A stretch of DNA of 64,000 nucleotides from Iphione sp. A-MEVVRFRX5 (Eukaryota). A program made the translations under genes and the position numbers. The notes beneath the pieces were generated by a model. The model was not told where the DNA came from. It did not search any database and saw nothing but the letters and a program-made list of their open reading frames with translations. The stretch's first letter is position 1; the number at the start of each line of letters is the position of its first letter. The DNA lies in assembly GCA_976226885.1 (NCBI GenBank), contig OZ320318.1, positions 39,928,001-39,992,000 of the forward strand. The letters run 5' to 3'. Of this stretch, positions 14,451 to 26,000 are shown one piece after another.

Positions 14451-15787
14451 TGGTAAAATATCGATATATGTTTTTACAGTCTGGAGCACGATCACACTTG
14501 CAAGAGGTAAGGCCATCGGTGATTTAGTCTTTTCGGATATATTTCATGATATGGGTTTCCAGAATCACAATGTACGGACGGTTTCGTGTGTGGACTGCTT
14601 TTATTACACGTTGGAAAACTACGAGGAGACCAAACGTGATTTCGTTTTTTTGATATCCGTGCCTTTCAAAAACAGATTACTAGGCCTATACCTTCCTTGT
14701 AGGATCTGCCAGCATTTTTTTTCTATATGAAATCATGGCCTTAAACATAGGTTACGTCACAAGAAAAAACAGCGTAGAGAAAGTAACATTTTACGTTGTA
14801 TTGCTCGAATTTCATGCGGCTTGTAGTCAGTCTGCTCCAGTGTTTCATTTTAACGTATGTGGCGGTATCAGCAGCAAAATCATGAAAATTAATTCCCAAT
14901 TATAAATGATTATCGAGTGTGTGTAAGTGGCAATATTTTCTGCACATAATTTAATTAGCATGCCCTGCCTGAACGCACTGAATGAAGCCCGTAGGGTATT
15001 CGGATGAGTCAGACATTGCCTGGTAATATGGCTGCTGATGGTCTCTTTCGGGAGGGTCTGTGATGGTAATTAAAGTAATTAATATAACAGAGATGTTTTA
15101 AACATCGATGTTAATTAAAACACACCTTTCCAATTCCATTACTAGCTTTCATCCGCCCGACGAAATATTAAGCCCCGTAAGCCACAATGGCTTTGTTCCG
15201 GGTGCAGCCAAAATATGCTTTCGCAATCAAGCTACAGAAAATAAACATAGAAAGCTAGCACCAAGGTCTCAAGTGCGTCTTGTCTGACCATTCTACCGGT
15301 TTGATAAAAATGCCACTGAGAACGAACTGGAGAAGCATTCACATCACGGCGGGCTTTAGTTTCACCGACAGAGTCTTAAACTCTTAAAATGACCAAGGGG
15401 TAGCAGCCGTTCAAATCGATCCGATCCATCGCACTGCAATGCTGACCCCACGTGGCGACGGAAAGCGGATCCCCTGTTGATTTGCGCCCCCTTACGGAGA
15501 TGGCACGGACAGAACCAAACACGCCGGTTATGTGACTGATTACAGTGTATCAGGTCACCACGAACTCTCCTCCAGTTAACCCTCCGGCCTGACGACCTCT
15601 AGTTATATTTAGACTCTTTAGTCTCTAACCTCTGTTTTTGTTTCATTGTGATATATTTACCCAAAAGAAAGGCAATATCGATTGTTACATAAGTATTAGA
15701 AGCACGTCCTCCTGTCCCCTAGGCTCGCTGCATGTGCCCTTAATCTATAATGTTATAAAATGTATTGGTTTCTAAGAGTGCCTACAG

Positions 15788-15901
15788 GTCGATTTTTCCG
15801 GCCTCGGTGTTGGCCGCTCGTGGTTTCTCTCACATGGACGCGGCAACAAGAGGGCCGACTCGCCTTTTCGACCCCGAACATTGGTGTTCTTGGTTTGCCA
15901 G
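15788..15901 (+). CDS. Possible 114-nt phase 0-0 cassette exon (VDFSGLG...VFLVCQ) or alternative first exon
   Basis: cctacag| acceptor (weak pyrimidine tract), stop-free 38 codons, strong donor CAG|GTGAGG at 15902, locally GC-rich. Confidence 0.25.
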
Positions 15902-16299
15902 GTGAGGTGATTAATCGCCTAGGGTCAAGAGAATAGAGGCCAGTGCGTTCACACAGACACACGAGTGATGGATGGACTCAGTGGCTCTGCTGTGTTGTAA
16001 TTACACAAACGTGTAGCGAATGACAGTCTGGCAGCCATCGTAGGGCTGTGTGTGAGTGAGTGTGTGCATGTATGCGTCGGTATCACCGAGCGTTCTGGCT
16101 GAAAACATCAGCCCGCCCATGTCCAGGGTTTAGCATGATTTTTTAAAAGTTTGATCAGAGGTGTTGAGGAGAGAACTGTCGAAAATAAAAGTGCTCTTGT
16201 TTTCTCGCCAGCACTGTGTATAGTCCGCCAGTCCCCTTTTTCTCCTACATAGATTTTGTTTTCATGACGATGTCATTAGTCTTCGTCTCTGACTCAGGC

Positions 16300-18400
16300 A
16301 ATGTTTTAAGTTAAGACTTGCGTCTTTTTAGAAGAGGTTTTCGGAAGAGCGAGGTGGGTAACTTGCATGCACTGTCAAGAATGACGGATTCCTTACGATA
16401 TTTCCTTTCCTTGCGGGTGCAGCACGCGCCCAGCTGTTTTACCACAAACCTCAGGATAGACCTGCACAATTTCTTTGCTACCGTCACTAATAAGTGGTTG
16501 AGTTGGCTTCGAATCATTATACGCCACTCTGGTTGGAACCGGTTCACACTTTTTTGAACGCACCTTGAGAGACCCACTACATAGATGAGGCTCTGTGGCT
16601 TCAGCAACCGTGGAGTGAAAACACGCTCCACTCCTGTTGCTGTTCCTGAATGGCTTTCTAGGTATCACAAGGTTTTGTAAAGGTCTGTCACCAGTGAGGG
16701 GTGTCCTCTTGTATGTTGCATTTAGCGTATTGCTCCATGTTCCATCAGAGGGAAGACATTCCTGTGCAGAATAGGGCAGTATCCTAATTAAGAACGCAGC
16801 GAACTCGTGAACGTCATACAGGATTTTGTGGGGTAGGGGTCCATGGGCCTGACCAGGCACACCTATTTGTATGATCATGCTTGTGAATGATGGTTAATGC
16901 TATTGTGGAAGTTAATTACAAATAGACGTATTTGAAGTCCCTTTTGAATAATGTATGCGTAAGGCTTACCACCATCCAATTTTCCCTGACCAATTTACCT
17001 GCTCCCTGGTATTCGGTCCATTTTATTGATATAGGAGGGTTTTCTTTCCCCTGCATGCGTAATCTTTCAGATCTCCCTCCCCGTGTAGATGCGTACCCAC
17101 GCCAATGTATACGTACTGGAGAACTCAAACAAACTCTTCATAACGAAATAATAAGTATCCTTTGTTGAAGTACCGCCGGTTACAGTAAATTTGTTGCCGT
17201 CCGTAGTACGGGTGAGATTCCACGTTGGGCTAGATGGTTTCGAAGCGGCTTTGTTCAGTATTATGGTATTCAATTGGAAATCTGCCTACGGTTCATAATT
17301 CACTATCTTTCATTTGGTAACGAAACAAGATTGTGTTTTGTTGATACACTGCAGGCTGTTCTACAGTGTAGGTAACGAAGGAGAGCGAGGCTACCGAAAA
17401 TTAAACATGATACATTGGTTTATTTAGCCGTGTATTTACCGACACCTTTTCTTTTGTAAGTAGATCTTAAACGCCATTCCCAGCTATTTGTAGGTGCTGC
17501 CATGACGTAAGATTATGCAACACAATAGTTACTTGTGCCGGATTTCTTTTAATATTGACACAGAGGTAACCATTACTTGTACGCTCACTTCACTGTGAGA
17601 TATACGAATCACTTATACACGTATCAGATGTCTATCTCAAGAGAGAATTGCAACAAGCTTATCCAAACGCATGTCCTACTCAGTAGGTGCGTAAGGATCT
17701 TAAGTAAAACTAACATGGAAATGGCCTGGATCCATCGGGGTTGAGAATTCCAGACACTCCGCACTCTAGCTGAGATACCCCAGCGTTATCAATGGACGTG
17801 TTTATTGGCATTTGATCGGTTCGTACAGATCGGGAAATCCTCGGGCCTCCTCATAATGACTTAATGGGCGTCCGGCTGGAAGCTGAAGGGCCAAACCAAG
17901 ACACAGTCCCCTGCCGACCAGGTGGAGAGGTTTACCTTTGGGTCGTATGGATGGTGCCTCATGTAACCCATTAGCCCATTTGGTCCCGACTGAAGTGTTT
18001 GGTTACTTGTTCTTATGGGGATCTCAGATTGCGCTACTAGATGTGCGGACGGATAGGAAAGTAGCTGAAAAATATTGGACAGACACAACGGCTTGTAGGG
18101 AAACATATGGAACAGAGGGTGGCAGAGTTTCGAGGTAAAGGAAGCCGAAGGTACAGACGGAGAGACAGACAAACTCAAAAAAGAATTAAACATGAACTGC
18201 TTATAAAATACGCATTTTTTGCATTAGATTCGCTAGTGCCTATCTGTAATCAGGCATTAAATCAGATGTAGCGCGGGAGACCAGAGCATACGGAAACGCT
18301 GCATGTGAGGAAGTACTACAGTCAAAAGTTATGCATGTTCTGCTGCTGAGGACAAATGCAACGATTTTGCAGCTGTTCATCCCGATAGTGAGACGCATAA
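16300..18400 (-). mobile_element. Decayed CR1-type LINE ORF2 (RT and C-terminal region, probable endonuclease remnant)
   Basis: QIRLFVIN (degenerate RLFADD), MDPYPTKSC (FNPxKC-like), WSNTLNATYK and EPHLCSG...EPVPTRVAYND (RPHLEYA...EAVQRRAARF-like) occur in the expected order; this explains the 161-aa ORF 16393-16878. Confidence 0.55.
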
Positions 18401-20849
18401 ATCGCCCTCCTTTCAGTTGGACTTCATGTCTGCCATGGTGTTGAGAGACCGGCGCCCTGCTTTGAACGAATCCTGAGACAGGTAGTTCGAATGGCAGTGT
18501 AGTAGGGTGTAGGCAGAAAGCCATACTGTTGTGGAGGCTCCAAAATGGGGGTAGGGTGGGTGTTGAGAGGTGGTAGTTTGAAGGGATTTGCGGGCGTCGG
18601 GAGGGTGGGGGAAGTTGGTTCCGGTGGCGAGAGAGGCGAGCGGCGCCGCCGATACCGGCGTAAAGCCTGCAGGGCACCAAAAAGTCTTAGTAGTCCCCTT
18701 GCCGCAAGTGATATCGTTCTCTGAGTGCTGTTATTGGGCTGATACAACGCCCTCCCCTCAACGCCTCCAGAAGCCATCAACCCTCCACCGCCTCTAACAT
18801 TGAAGCCACCTCGGCGGCCCTGGCTTCAACCCCCAATGCTATTTTAAGACCTAGACGTGCTCGTTTACGGGTCCTATAGGTAGGGCATACCACCTATCTA
18901 TCTTTCCCAACTGTAGAAATGTTGCAATCTAGGTAGATCTGAAAAACAACGTCACAACAACATATGATTACATGTATATTCTTGTTTGTAAATAAAAATG
19001 TGAAAAGGACAGACACACATTGTATACAATATTCTCTGGCAGCAAAGATTAGTTTATTTTCAATAGAATATGATATAGAAAAAGTGGCACTCGATACGAG
19101 CAAAAGCAACTATGGAAAGTCAGTGTCGTTAATTGAGATGATAGCAAGGCCAGGTACGTAGTGAAGGGTTGTGCAGGAAGACGAGAAGGTCCGTCATCAT
19201 CAGGAGGTAGTGTACTCACCCTACTCCCACCCTAAACCACCGCCCCCACCGCCATCCCAGCACCCAACCTACACAGCGAGCACTGTAAGCATACGCTTGG
19301 TGCTACTCTTGGAAAGGGGGGCTGGTTACTCCACAGTCCGCTCACAAACACTGACCGTGCCACTCGACAGAAGTAGGACAGGGGTGGTGCCCTGGAGGTC
19401 GGCTTTATAATACTCACTTTTCTCACCTCATTCGTGTTGCTTATCAACAAGGGTGGCTGTAGCGAAAGTACTTCATCGAGGGGAGTGACTAGAAATAGAG
19501 GAGGGCGTCTGAATCACTGTCTGAATCGGGCCAGTCGGGAGGCGGCCACCCCAGCAGTGGTAGTAGCGTCCAAGCAGCAGGCCGCATCAGCTTTTGAGAC
19601 GCATGTGAAAGTTCAGAAGCAAAGGAAGGCGAGCAGAAAGCACTTCCCAAATCGACGAGCGCGGGTTCGCGCCCCGCACGAATGACCATGCCCGACGGGC
19701 TACCGACACCGAGTGCAGGACGTCGCTGACGTCGCCCCTCTGACGTCGCTGTTACAGAAGACGACGTCACGGCGAGCAGGCGTGGTGGACTTCGAGACGA
19801 CTTGTATAGATCATGCCCTTTGCTCCTGTGTTATTAGTGGCAGTCGTTGCTCTCTTCGCTCAGATTTCTTCACGTCGCGAGGTTGGTCCGCCTGGAACTG
19901 AGAGGCCATCTCTTCGCCGCCTCCACCATTACTACTACCACTACCACCACAACCACAACCGCCGCCTGCCCTTCTGGCCCTGGTACTGCCGCCGCTGCCA
20001 TATCATCACCCACTTCTCTATGGTGGCTCCAGCTGACGACGCGCTCAACAGGATGACAACAAGTGAGTCAGAGCCCCAGGAGGATCCTACGACGGCCTCT
20101 GTCTTACGTAGGCCCGTTTGGAGGCGGCAGCTGCTCCAGGGTAACGAGGAGAAAAGTACCGCCAGTGTCAGTGGTGCCTCCCCGTCCTCCTCATGCCCCA
20201 GCATGGAGCAGCCCATGGCGGCGTTGTCCCTCTGATATCGTCCCGCCTGCCCCGCGATAACCAAATCTTACTCCTCCATCCCTACCGACCTTGGTGCCGA
20301 CAACCTTTCACGTCCAACCGACAGCTATTCAGAGCACACCGATTCTGATCACGTTCGCACTTTTTAAAACTAAGACAAGGAGAAACCGGTGACTAACGGC
20401 CGGCCCGTCCACGTCGCTCGGCCTTGCACAGTCCCTGCCTACCGTGGTGCCGGTTGGCCCCATGGCCTCTACCTCAACACTGAGGGCTGAATACACCACG
20501 ACAGCTGAAGAAGCATATTAAAGATAACTATTTTCGGATCCATATATACACCTTTGTATATGCATTTATTCTTACAGACATATTTACGCCGAATATACGG
20601 AAAACGTTTTATGCGTGTTGTTTATAGACTGTAGGAACATTGTTTCAAATTTTGTGATTGTTTTTTATGTTTGTTATAAACATATATTCGCTTTAATCTG
20701 TTACGGAAGACCTAACACTAAGCAACGGGAATAAGAACAAGAGGGAACACAGAACCGAGGAGGGACAACACCTCAGAGGACGAAAGCTAGGAGGGGCGGT
20801 TAAGGAAGGACAACTTCACAAAGGGGCACAGGCCACGACCCTAACACTC

Positions 20850-20872
20850 GGGCGGGGTCGTTGCTAGGTTAC
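20850..20872 (+). promoter_or_regulatory. GC box plus RFX X-box-like site just upstream of candidate isoform B exon
   Basis: GGGCGGGG (20850-20857), then GTTGCTAGGTTAC (20860-20872; reverse complement GTAACCTAGCAAC fits GTNRCC-N-RGYAAC), about 30 nt before ATG 20901. Confidence 0.4.
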
Positions 20873-20900
20873 AAAAACTCTCGGCCGCCGCACATCGGGC

Positions 20901-21328
20901 ATGGTCATAGCTTCACCGCCGTCGCCAACCTGTCCTCCCAAAGAAGTGGCCATCCGCAGCTGCCATGCCAAGAACGGCCGCTGCACGGCTGCGGATCCAC
21001 ATTTCCGGCGACGGCGAAGTCTGTTGAAGAGCAGCTGGTCCTGCTGCTCTTGCAGCGTCGACAGCTGCTCAGGCAGCTACTGGCGCAGCCGGCGGGGGTG
21101 TACCCGTCCGCCCACCTGACGGCCTCCAGCGACAACACGGCGACCGCCGGCACCTTCGTCGCGCCCAGCCCGGCGGCAGCGTCGACGGCAGCGCTCTCGT
21201 CGGGAGTACTGCCGCCGGAAGCCCCGCCGGGGTCGTGGTCGCGCCTGCCGCGCATACGGCCGAATCGTCCGCAACAGTCGACCCCCTTCTTCAGCCCGAC
21301 CGAATCTCCAACTAATTCGTGTCCCTCG
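20901..21328 (+). CDS. Candidate alternative first exon (isoform B); the ATG frame and the donor frame differ by one base
   Basis: GC-rich, codon-like block; frame 20804-21328 is open to a consensus donor TCG|GTAAGT at 21329 (phase 0) but has no ATG; ATG 20901 is in the +1 frame and stops at 21119. Confidence 0.45.
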
Positions 21329-21899
21329 GTAAGTAAACTCGGTAGACAAGTCCACGAACGAGAAAAGAAAGAAACACCTATGAGAAATTATATGCGTGTG
21401 TACACGTAGACATTTTGTGTCTTGATGTGCATATTCACATGTATGTCCATGGAGGCACGAAGAACAAAGTGTATGAATCCTGTAGAATAAAGGTATCAAG
21501 CACAATTATTTCATGGCTTGCATATAACCCCCCCCCCCCTGCGCGTGCATACATGTATATATGTTCAAAACAATACTGCACGAGGAATTGCGAGAAAACT
21601 ACCAGACCTGGAGAGGTATTTCCTACTCGAAAGTTTATCGTACTGTCTACGAATGAATATATAACAACTCAAAACGGAAAAGGTATTTTTGACGAACCTA
21701 GGTATCTGAAAAATACTCCTTAACTGGTCACCAAGCGGCATTGGACGCCCGCGACCAAATCGATTTGTCACAGTCGCTGAGGGAGTAGATGTACAAATCG
21801 TTACAAGTATATTGTATTCATCTCTGTTTTATTCCCCTTCTAGAATAGAGACACCGCCCTCGGCAGTCTCCTACTTGACCGTCTTTGATAATAACCTTC

Positions 21900-22450
21900 A
21901 CCAGACTTTTGAAGTCGATGGACATGAAGGAGACCATAACTGTTTTTTTTTCGTGTAGCCTTCCCCATCGAGGCTTTAGATATACTCAGTCGCTGTAAGT
22001 AGTACTTGTCTTACATACCAATGAGTCTTCTTTATTGCATTCTTCTGTACCTGACTCATGGCCGTGCGCGACCTTATCTGATCGCCCCCACTCGGCAAAG
22101 GAATGCACGAAGAAGACAATGCTTTTCACTGAAGTGGGTACTAGTTATCATAATATTTACCCCGGAAGAAATGCATGGGTAATCCTCTTGGATGAGATCC
22201 TGCTTGCCCTCCTCAAGGTGGCCCTACATGTTTTGGTGCCTCTTGCGATTCGTGAACACCATCTATGGTTGAAGCTCTAAGGATTGAAAGGAATCACGTG
22301 AATGTCATGGATGAGTATAGAGAGATTTCCCGCGTTGTTCTCATTGATTGGAATGCTGGTTTTGCTCTTGAGTTTTGCATCAGTTTCCGCCAGTGGTAAT
22401 CAATATATCCTGACCTCTGGGAGGCTGCTGCCGGTAGCAGAAGGTGGATG
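21900..22450 (-). mobile_element. RTE-like LINE fragment
   Basis: Minus frame reads RATLRRASRISSK...VKSIVFFVHSFAEW, resembling the RTE 'RRIxKAxxAF...VxSVLLYGxExW' segment. Confidence 0.3.
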
Positions 22451-22542
22451 TTTGATGTATACATATACAATGATCCATTCCACTGCCTATGTCGTATACA
22501 ATAGCACTGATAGGGGTAGCTCATAGGTCACGGTAATTAGCA

Positions 22543-22556
22543 CCACCAGAGGGCGC
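22543..22556 (+). promoter_or_regulatory. CTCF consensus motif
   Basis: CCACCAGAGGGCGC matches the CTCF core CCASYAGRKGGCRS; motif match only. Confidence 0.45.
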
Positions 22557-22690
22557 GTCTTGTCGTCCCTGACGGCTTACACGTGAACTAAAGCGTCACC
22601 CGTGGATTCTCTTGGCTGCCTGTTACCTCAAGACAGAAGGGTGTTTCTCAGCGAAAGCAACGTCCTTGCTCATAAACCTTGAGGATGGAA

Positions 22691-22696
22691 AGAGAG

Positions 22697-22748
<52 letters not shown>
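22691..22748. repeat. (AG)n microsatellite
   Basis: Directly visible, one interruption. Confidence 0.98.
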
Positions 22749-22749
<1 letters not shown>

Positions 22750-24053
22750 AAGGTTATAGACAGTTACAGAAAAGGCAGGGGCACATTTTTTCTATTGGAA
22801 AATGCATAAGACACAGCTCTTGTCAAGGCCAGGTATCACAAATATAGCATTTTCAAAGAAAATACAGTGAAAAGGTAACGAAATATAATTATATTGAGGG
22901 GTTGTACTGAATACATGTAGTAATCTCAGATCTCTTAGGCACTGACTCAAAGATAAAAGATTACATATTGGAAATGCTAAAAGCCTTCACCGAATTGGCA
23001 CTCGAAATTATGCTGTCTAGTTCTCTTCCAGGAAGACACCGTTGTCCCTGCCCTAGCATCGTTTATATTACTGTTTGAATGCCGGATTTGGTATACTCAG
23101 GAGCAGGCTCTTATGTGCCATTGGGGTCTTTGGACCAACTCCTCTCCCATGCAGGCTGCAGATCGCCTCCAAGCAGGCAAGCTGATCGCTTCTGGCAGGG
23201 TCGATAGCCTGAGGTAGTCAGGAAAAAACGACCAGTCAAATAGAGCGGCTACGAAATGTCATTGGAGTGTGGTTACTTAGACGTCATTCCCGATAACCTG
23301 CTCAGATGCTAGGTTTCATTCTGCCAATCTCCATGTTGTTTTCAGATAATTATGGTGTTAGTATTCTTCGTAGCATGCATCTGGTGACCTGTCTGCAGTC
23401 ATATGCAGAACATCCAACCAGACTAGTAATGTGACAGACTCACATTTCTCGCTTTAAACATTAGACATTTTAGAAGGGTAAATTGCATTTGATTCACAAT
23501 TTTCTGAAAAGTTCAGGTTCAAATAAATCTGCGTTTTATTCCCTTTCCCTATTCAGTAAGGCTGTTCACAAAGTAAGTTGCTTTGTACACATATCTACGA
23601 ATCACCATTCTGCGTTCAGCGTAAAAACATTAATTATGAAATAATCATTTTTGTCGCTCCAAGTGCAGTACATTCTCTAAATATAAGAGTCACTATTGAT
23701 TATTCTGTACCATTACTCGATATTGAATACACGCGTAGCAGGCTGTACCTTTGTACGAGATGAAAAAAAATGCAGCAGAGCACATGTCAACTACGAAAAT
23801 CAGAGTTTCCATATGCAAGGCCAACAAAAAGAATGATAGCGGAAAAAAGAGTTCCAGCTAAACCTGTACGTCCCATTTCCTGTGCAAGCCGAAATGTCGA
23901 GGGTTCTGACCTGCAATCACAGGACAAACAGCTGATATTCACAGGTCTGTTTATTCCAGACATGTTTTCGATTCAACTTGACTGATGTTCCTCCCCCGCG
24001 TGCCTTTTATTTTGGTCGCCCTGTTGCGTTTTTCCCCCATCATAGAGCAAGTG

Positions 24054-24174
24054 TGACGTCAGGAGAGCACAGTCAATGGCGATAGAGACCATGTAGCCAT
24101 AGCAACAGATGGTAGCGATCACAGTGTCTGCAAGGCCAATGGCCATGACACTCGAGCATGGTAACCAAGGCGAC
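24054..24174. promoter_or_regulatory. CRE + RFX motif cluster (candidate enhancer or promoter)
   Basis: TGACGTCA 24054-24061; GTAGCCATAGCAAC 24093-24106; GTAACCAAGGCGAC 24161-24174. Confidence 0.45.
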
Positions 24175-24391
24175 CGACGTGGTTGATGGTAGAGGTAGTG
24201 GAAGCCAACCGACCCCGTCTCCCTAGTCTCCCCATCTCTACCTAAACGGCCGCTAGGTCGCTTCCCTCGGAGCTGCAGTTACACCTTATAGCGCAAACAA
24301 TTACACACGGCCACACACACACACCTAGTCACAGTCTCATGTAGTCAACGTTATCCAAACCATCATCATAGTATACTCACGCGCACGTGAG

Positions 24392-24417
24392 CACACACAC
24401 ACACACACACACACACA
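24392..24417. repeat. (CA)13 microsatellite
   Basis: Directly visible. Confidence 0.95.
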
Positions 24418-24949
24418 TGCTCGCATGAACCCACATACGTACAGACAGAGTCCTGGAGACAGTCCAGCAGTAGGTTGGCCTCCACAATGAATGTCTCAGG
24501 TATAGATCTGTACGGCGCCAAGTTCCGCTACTTACTATTCACTTCAGGGGCTCGACAACTCAGCAACACATTTCTTACTGAAATGATCACACTTTCTACC
24601 TCCACAATATTCAGTGTAGGAAAAACACTGCATATGCCCTTTGGAGAAATATTTGCATTTATTGTCACGCTTAATCTTCCGTGAAGGACAAAGAATTCAC
24701 AATAACATCATTTATAACGCTGACGGATGTAGCTAATATATCCTCCTAAATTGTTTGATTGTGCAACATAACTAAGACGGGCGCAAACCTCAAAACCCTA
24801 GGCTTCCTTATAATTATACCAAAGAAAGAACGTCCGTCACAAAAATGTGCCCAGCAGATGCCAAGCAAAGCAGGTAAAAGGACACATTTACTGGTTTTAT
24901 GTTTAAGTCTATATGCTCTAATCTAGACCAGATGGAGGACTTCGAAACA

Positions 24950-26000
24950 AAGCTTGCTCTCGTATCTGGACCAATCTAGGCCACTCGGTGCACCCCCAAG
25001 CGCTCCCAAGGCTACCATGCAACGCATTTCATTCTCCTTTGTTTTTGTTCCCTTCATCATCCTGCGAACAAGGTCAGTTGACATTACAATGCTGGAAAAA
25101 GGCCTGTGCTGCCCTATACACCAAAGAGATGAAATTCCTTTTGGTGGTGAACCGGGAACGACAAAAACAGTAACAGCAGCAAAATAATCACAAGACACAG
25201 AAACGTTTTCATCCCATAGCATTCCCGATTTCTTCTCCTTTTTGTTACAGTTTAGTATGAAGAGACAGGCGCTCTTGATATTTTGACATGTGCAAGGGCA
25301 ATCTTATTTGATATAATTTCCACAATACCTAAACGACTTTTGATCAGTATGTAATTATTTGATTCCAACCGATATTTGACTTCTTTAAGACATTTTAGGG
25401 TATTTGGTTCTGGTTTACACTTTAATTACCAGGATATCCCTATACTCAGTGGGTATGTTTGAGAATATGTTCAGTCCGTGTTTCAATATTCCAAAGTGGT
25501 TGATCACTTGTGTCACTTTTAGGCACAACAATTCAAATATGGTGTATTAAAAATGAAATAAATCGAACGATATTTTCTACGTCAGCTGCACCATATTTTA
25601 TTGTGAGGAGCATTTCCAGAAAGAGGGGAAAGTACACATTTCCATCGTCTTTATCACAGATCAAAACCACAATACAGCAACACAAAATCTAAATCCCTGC
25701 AAAAGTAAAATCTATGCCAATTCAAACATACTACAGACTGCATTTGTAAGAACCCAAATCAACGACACTGCGTTCGCTTATTTTGAATATCCATCTTAAA
25801 GCTCACAGTTCGCCTTTGTGTTATTTGCCTTCTATACGGACTAAATATACTCTCAGGCCAAATTTCAATGTAACCATGTATCCATGGAGTGCTTTAGGTC
25901 CGTGTAGCACCACAAAAAGTTCACAACAATCTATTTGCCGAAACCACTGAAACAACCAGCATCTATCATATTTCCTGTTTACACTTCAGCAGACATCCAT
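24950..26000 (-). mobile_element. Decayed Tx1/L1-like reverse transcriptase fragment
   Basis: In order on the minus strand: CFSGFGK (DFEKAF-like), YGAADV (YADD-like), LKEVKYRLES, MLWDEN (FLWDGK-like). Confidence 0.45.

Noticed and set aside
16393-16878. 161-aa minus-strand ORF as a nested gene
   Set aside because: It translates to degenerate CR1-type ORF2 motifs and is part of a decayed LINE.
22302-22526. Small ORF with a signal-peptide-like hydrophobic stretch
   Set aside because: It lies antisense to an RTE-like remnant; the hydrophobicity is explained by T-rich reverse-strand sequence.
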